This document shows positions 59,723 to 64,000 of a stretch of 64,000 bases of DNA, in pieces. The notes below the pieces were generated by a model that did not search any database, had not been told where the DNA came from, and saw nothing but the letters and a program-made list of their open reading frames with translations. This DNA is from Rhodobacterales bacterium (GTDB lineage: Bacteria > Pseudomonadota > Alphaproteobacteria > Rhodobacterales > Rhodobacteraceae), in assembly GCA_031441285.1 (NCBI GenBank), contig JANOER010000087.1, positions 170 through 64,169 of the forward strand. Direction: 5' to 3'. A program made the position numbers and the translations under genes. Each line of letters opens with the position of its first letter. Positions within the stretch are counted from its first letter, which is position 1.

Positions 59723-60916
59723 TCAGGTCCAGCTTGGCGACACAAGCCGCAACAGGTGGGCCACGTTCTTCACGCCGATTTTCAGATGCGCAAGCGGCCG
59801 CGCCGCGACAAGCTTCTTGTTCATGTAGGCCTCGAAGGTCAGCTTCTGCACATCGGTATCATGGCACAGGCTGACAAAGCGTTCGCGGCGTTCGTCGGAC
59901 TTGTAGTAGGCGTCCTGCATCGACCGCAAGACCTTGAACACGGTCTTGTTGTCCTTCATGAACAGCTTGCGCGCCAGCATAAGATCCTTCGCGCGGCCCG
60001 AAGCCAGCGCCGCCTGCGCCGCTGTCGCCGCGACCCTGCCGCCCAGCATGGCATAGTAGATCCCCTCGCCCGAGGAGGGAGCCACCACGCCCGCAGCGTC
60101 GCCGGCCAGCACGACATCCCGGCCATTGTCCCATTTGTCCAATGGCTTCAGCGGGATCGGCGCGCCTTCCCTGCGGATCGTCTCGCAACCGGCCAGGCCG
60201 GACGCGGCGCGCAGGTCGGCCGTGGCCTGCTTGAGGTTCACCCCGTCCACCCCGGTTCCCATGCCGACACTTGCCTGGTCGCCATGCGGAAAGACCCAGC
60301 CATAGAAGTCGGGCGAGATCCGCCCGTCATAGATCACGTCGCAGCGTTTCGGGTCGTAGTCGGCGTTCGCGGCCAAAGTCGCAACGGGGGCCTTGATGAT
60401 CTCGTGGTAGGCAATGACATAAGGAATGGTGTCCCCGCCCGGCACTTCGTCGCGCGCCACGTCCGACCGCGCGCCGTCGGCGCCGATGATCAGCGTCGTC
60501 AGGCTGCGCCGTTCCGCGCCGGACGCCTTGTCGCGCAAGACGACATGGGTGCCCTCGGCATCGCGTTCGATCCGCAGGTAGGTGCCGGTCAGCCTTTCGG
60601 CCCCGGCCCGAACCGCGCGATCACGCAGGAATTCGTCGAAATGTTCCCGGTCGACCATGCCGACAAAGCCGTTCTCGATATGGATGTCGACCGACCGGCC
60701 ACTGGGCGAGATCATGCGGGCGGTCTCGATCTTGGCCACGATCTGGTTTTCCGGGATCGCGAAATCCTTGATCGCGCGGGGCGGGATCGCGCCACCGCAC
60801 GGCTTGATCCGACCCGCGCGGTCCAGCATCGCCACGCTTTTTCCTGCGCGGGCAAGGTCGTCCGCCGCGGTTGCCCCCGCCGGACCACCGCCCACCACGA
60901 ACACATCGTAAGCCAT
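59723..60916 (-). CDS. bchP: geranylgeranyl diphosphate/bacteriochlorophyll reductase
   Basis: MAYDVFVVGGGPAGATAA FAD fold. ATG 60916 chosen inside ORF 59723..61336. Confidence 0.93.
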   Translation of the reverse strand: MAYDVFVVGGGPAGATAADDLARAGKSVAMLDRAGRIKPCGGAIPPRAIKDFAIPENQIVAKIETARMISPSGRSVDIHIENGFVGMVDREHFDEFLRDRAVRAGAERLTGTYLRIERDAEGTHVVLRDKASGAERRSLTTLIIGADGARSDVARDEVPGGDTIPYVIAYHEIIKAPVATLAANADYDPKRCDVIYDGRISPDFYGWVFPHGDQASVGMGTGVDGVNLKQATADLRAASGLAGCETIRREGAPIPLKPLDKWDNGRDVVLAGDAAGVVAPSSGEGIYYAMLGGRVAATAAQAALASGRAKDLMLARKLFMKDNKTVFKVLRSMQDAYYKSDERRERFVSLCHDTDVQKLTFEAYMNKKLVAARPLAHLKIGVKNVAHLLRLVSPSWT

Positions 60917-60918
60917 GC

Positions 60919-62205
60919 TCACTCTCCCGGAACGAGGTTGGAGACGGCAGGACGCAAGCGCCCGCCATCGATGATCCGCCAGGCCATCAGGCCCGCCGCA
61001 AGGAACAGTCCGGCCTCGACCGCGAAGACCAGCCCGAAGGCGTCTGCGGTGTCGCCCGACAGGCGCAGCGCGTCGACCAGCGCCGCACCGGCGAAGCCTC
61101 CAAGGCCTTGCGCAATCGCCTGCGACGCGCCCCAGACCCCCATCCGCGTGCCCTCGCGCCCGGCCCGGCCCTGCCCGGCCAGCTGCATCATCGCCCCGAT
61201 CGAGGCGATGGCGAACATGCCGTTGAAGACGCCAAGCACCGTGACCGCCGGGGTCAGAAGCCCAAGGCCAGTCTGACCCAACCCCGCTATGGCGACCAGC
61301 GACAACGCAGACCCCAGGCAGCCGGCCGTGACCCAAAGCCGCAGCGTTCCAAGGCGCAGGCCGGACACGGCGATGCCCACAGCCAGCATGCCGATGAACA
61401 TGCCGCCGTGCTGCGCGCCCGACAGGCTGGTGGACTGGCCGGGGGTGAAGGCAAAGACCAGACCCGCATAGGGTTCCAGGATCAGTTCCTGCAGGAAGAA
61501 CGCGGTCATGGAGAGGAAGATGAACAGGGTGAACGTCCGGGTGCGCGGTTCTGCCCAGACCTCGGCCAGGCCCTGGCGCAGCGGGGTCTCGTCGGGCTGG
61601 CGGACGGGGATGACGCGCGCTTCGATCCCGCGGATCGCGGCGGCTGTCAGCACTACCGCCCCGACCGTCACCACCGCAACGATGACCATCAGACGCTGGC
61701 CGCTGTAGGGGTCAAGCAGCGCCCCGATCACGCCCGAGGTGACTGCGATGCCGAAGATCATCATCAGCCAGGTGATCGTTGCCGCCGCCGCCCTGCGCTG
61801 GGGCGCGCATCCGCTGGCCAGAAGCGCCAGAAGCGAGGTGCCGGACGCCCCCGCGCCAAGGCCGATCAGCACATAGGCCAGGACCGACACGGCAAGACCC
61901 CAGCCCTGCCCTGCCACCTCAAGTGCGACCATAAGCGAAGCAAGCGCCGCCCCAAGGCCGAGAACCGCCATGCCGCCGATGATGAACCGGGTCCGGTTGC
62001 CCTGAGCGTCGGACCAGAAGCCCCAGCTTGGCCGGGTGATCTGCACGAAGGAATGCAACGCCACCAGCGCGCCCGACAGCATCGCGGGCAGCGCCAGTTC
62101 CACCACCATCAGGCGGTTGAGCGTGGAGGTGGTCAGCACGACGACCGCCCCAAGGCAAAGCTGCACCAGGCCAAGCCGCACGATCTGGAGCCAGCCAAGC
62201 GTCAT
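60919..62205 (-). CDS. PucC/LhaA-family (BCD) MFS protein, equivalent of orf428
   Basis: 12-TM MFS-like protein between bchG and bchP, as in Rhodobacter clusters. ATGA overlap with bchG. Confidence 0.8.
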   Translation of the reverse strand: MTLGWLQIVRLGLVQLCLGAVVVLTTSTLNRLMVVELALPAMLSGALVALHSFVQITRPSWGFWSDAQGNRTRFIIGGMAVLGLGAALASLMVALEVAGQGWGLAVSVLAYVLIGLGAGASGTSLLALLASGCAPQRRAAAATITWLMMIFGIAVTSGVIGALLDPYSGQRLMVIVAVVTVGAVVLTAAAIRGIEARVIPVRQPDETPLRQGLAEVWAEPRTRTFTLFIFLSMTAFFLQELILEPYAGLVFAFTPGQSTSLSGAQHGGMFIGMLAVGIAVSGLRLGTLRLWVTAGCLGSALSLVAIAGLGQTGLGLLTPAVTVLGVFNGMFAIASIGAMMQLAGQGRAGREGTRMGVWGASQAIAQGLGGFAGAALVDALRLSGDTADAFGLVFAVEAGLFLAAGLMAWRIIDGGRLRPAVSNLVPGE

Positions 62206-63101
62206 GCCAGCCCCCGCAGCGCAAAGGCCGTGACCATCATTCCCGTGACATAAAGGACGACCCCGGTGCCGTTGTACCAGGGCGCCTTGCCCTTGGGATC
62301 GCGCATCAGGACCCGCATCGCGGCGATCTGCGCGGCCAAGAGGGCAGCCACTGCCAGCGCATGCCAGGGCTGGCCCAGAACCAGCAGGAAGGCGATCACC
62401 AGCATCTGCGCCAAGGCCATCACCGTGCAGGCGATCTTCGCCGCAACCTCTGGCCCCAAAACCACCGGAAGCGAGCGGACGCCATGCTGGCGGTCACCCT
62501 CCAATGCCTTGAAATCGTTCAACGTCATGATGCCATGCGCGCCAAAGGCATAAAGTGCGGCCAGGGTCACGATCTCGAACCGGGGTGCTGCGCCAAGCAG
62601 CACGGCGGCACCGGTGAACCACGGCAAGCCTTCGTAGCTGAGGCCGACAAGCCCCGGCCCCCACCAGCCCGACCGCTTCAGGCGGATCGGCTCGGCGCTG
62701 TAGGCCCAGGCGGCAATCACGCCGACGATGGTCGCACCAAACCCCCAGGGGCCAAGCAGCCAGCCCACCGCCAGCGACAACCCGGTCATCGCCAGCGCGA
62801 TCCAGAGACCCCAGCGCCCGGGGATTAGGCCCGAGGGGATTGGCCGGTCAGGCTCGTTCACCGCGTCGACATGACGGTCGCACCAGTCGTTCGCGGCCTG
62901 GCTCATGCCACAAACGATCGGGCCGGCCAGCACCATGCCAAGGATCACCGACGGCCAGTTCGCGCCCAGCGGGATTCCGGATGAGACCGCACCGCAGAAA
63001 TAGGCCCAGACGGGTGGAAACCAGGTGATCGGCTTGATCAGCCGCAGCATAGCGCGCGGCTCTGGATACTGCCGGGGGAGCAAGGTTTCACTGACAGTCA
63101 T
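62202..63101 (-). CDS. bchG: bacteriochlorophyll synthase
   Basis: UbiA-type NDWCDRHVDAVNEPDRPIPSG. N-terminus PEPRAMLRLIKPITWFPP. Confidence 0.93.
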   Translation of the reverse strand: MTVSETLLPRQYPEPRAMLRLIKPITWFPPVWAYFCGAVSSGIPLGANWPSVILGMVLAGPIVCGMSQAANDWCDRHVDAVNEPDRPIPSGLIPGRWGLWIALAMTGLSLAVGWLLGPWGFGATIVGVIAAWAYSAEPIRLKRSGWWGPGLVGLSYEGLPWFTGAAVLLGAAPRFEIVTLAALYAFGAHGIMTLNDFKALEGDRQHGVRSLPVVLGPEVAAKIACTVMALAQMLVIAFLLVLGQPWHALAVAALLAAQIAAMRVLMRDPKGKAPWYNGTGVVLYVTGMMVTAFALRGLA

Positions 63102-63102
63102 G

Positions 63103-63120
63103 TGTCAAGTAAACATGACA
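63103..63120. promoter_or_regulatory. PpsR/CrtJ box abutting the bchG start codon
   Basis: TGTCAAGTAAACATGACA. One nucleotide separates it from the ATG (63101-63099 on the minus strand). Confidence 0.6.
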
Positions 63121-63256
63121 GTCAGGAGTCGGGCAAGCGCCGAATTGTCGCGCCGTGAAGGTTTGCCGCGGCTTGGCCGTCCGATCTGGCGCCCGATCAG
63201 GCATCAGCGCGAAACCCAGCAATGAGCGACTGAAAGGCGCGATGAGCGGCCGGAAC

Positions 63257-64000
63257 TCAGTCGCCGTCGCGGTTGAGAAGCCCGAATTTCCGCAGTTTCA
63301 CATACAGGGACTGACGCGACAGGCCCAGCATGTCTGCGGCGGCAACCCGGTTGTTGCGGGTCAGCTCCAGCGCGGTCTCGATGCACATCTTCTCGATGAC
63401 ATCGGTGGTTTCGGCCACGATATCCCGCAGCGTCGACGACCCGACCAGCTCCATCACCGACCGGGCGCCCTCGTCCGGCATGCCGGTCCCGGCGCGGCGC
63501 AGGGCGTCGGCGCGGCTTGCGTCGCGCACCACCATCACCAGCACCGGATTTGGCCGGTCATTCAGCCAGCTGGCCGAAAGCTCGACCGCGATCTGGCCAG
63601 AGAAATCCGTGGTCAGGCGGGTTGCGTAAAGCCGCAGCTGTCCGGTGCGTTTGACATTGTCCAAAAGCACCCGCAGGTCCACATGGCCGCGCACCAGATA
63701 GTCTGCAATCGATCTGCCGCGCACGGCGGCGATGCCGCTGGCGTCGGTCAGGTTCAGGAATGCCTCGTTGGCCGCACGGATCACGCCCTCACCATCGGCA
63801 AAGACGATGCCGTCGGCGCCTTCGTGATAAAGACGCTGCAGGTTTTCAGCTAGCTCGTCGCCCGCACTTGGCTTGCGGTCTGCCGGGTCGATCAGGCACA
63901 GCAAGATACGCTCGCCCGCCGCGCGGAACAGGCGCGGGGCCACCAGAACCCGGCGCTGCGACCGGCGGGCGGTCACCTCCATCGGGGGGGCTGACTCGGC
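63257..64000 (-). CDS. ppsR: photosynthesis repressor PpsR/CrtJ (C-terminal about 247 codons; 5' end outside window)
   Basis: PAS region and C-terminal Fis-type HTH EKMCIETALELTRNNRVAAADMLGLSRQSLYVKLRKFGLL. The frame is open to the window edge. Confidence 0.88.
   Translation of the reverse strand, partial: AESAPPMEVTARRSQRRVLVAPRLFRAAGERILLCLIDPADRKPSAGDELAENLQRLYHEGADGIVFADGEGVIRAANEAFLNLTDASGIAAVRGRSIADYLVRGHVDLRVLLDNVKRTGQLRLYATRLTTDFSGQIAVELSASWLNDRPNPVLVMVVRDASRADALRRAGTGMPDEGARSVMELVGSSTLRDIVAETTDVIEKMCIETALELTRNNRVAAADMLGLSRQSLYVKLRKFGLLNRDGD

Noticed and set aside
1-64000. CRISPR arrays, rRNA genes, IS elements or transposases, and toxin-antitoxin or other defence systems.
   Set aside because: No regularly spaced direct repeats, no rRNA-like sequence and no transposase, integrase or nuclease-like ORFs were seen in any frame. 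All sizeable GC3-rich ORFs are accounted for by housekeeping or photosynthesis genes.

Overview
High-GC alphaproteobacterial chromosome segment that looks Rhodobacter/Cereibacter-like, judged from the PufX, LH1 alpha/beta, CrtE and PpsR sequences. All calls are by-eye motif recognition on the supplied ORF track; no searches or computations were run.

Positions 1-36.4 kb are ordinary housekeeping genes: a glycosyltransferase, pyrC, pyrE, dnaB, an ABC importer (two permeases plus an ATPase, no binding-protein gene), a MocR-type regulator divergent from a DUF1127 gene, rplM-rpsI, an SseB-like gene, kpsT-kpsE-kdsA, tRNA-Gln, a frameshifted lipoprotein gene, aroK-aroB, xerD, a corC-like gene, DUF305, an MBL hydrolase, an aminotransferase, an MsbA-like exporter, ygfZ, efp, DUF2497-tolC-pcm, and a membrane protein.

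Positions 36.5-64 kb are one arm of a purple-bacterial photosynthesis gene cluster: dxs<-pufXMLABQ<-bchZYXC<-crtFE | crtDC-> | <-tspO-crtBI | crtA-bchIDO-> | <-idi-bchP-pucC-like-bchG<-ppsR (ppsR is cut by the window end). Six perfect PpsR/CrtJ boxes (TGT-N12-ACA) sit in the expected promoter gaps.

I found no rRNA, CRISPR array, transposase, prophage or recognisable defence/toxin system, and no convincing wholly new gene system.

The most interesting unexplained signals are:
- A family of AT-rich perfect palindromes at gene 3' ends: three 19-mers with a compensatory arm change, and two abutting 22-bp perfect palindromes between bchO and idi.
- A nested dyad structure between crtB and tspO.
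- CrtC-like coding that continues into the 3' end of crtD with no canonical start codon.
- ppsR lying directly next to bchG, where I recall bchE and bchJ in model species, with a PpsR box abutting the bchG ATG.
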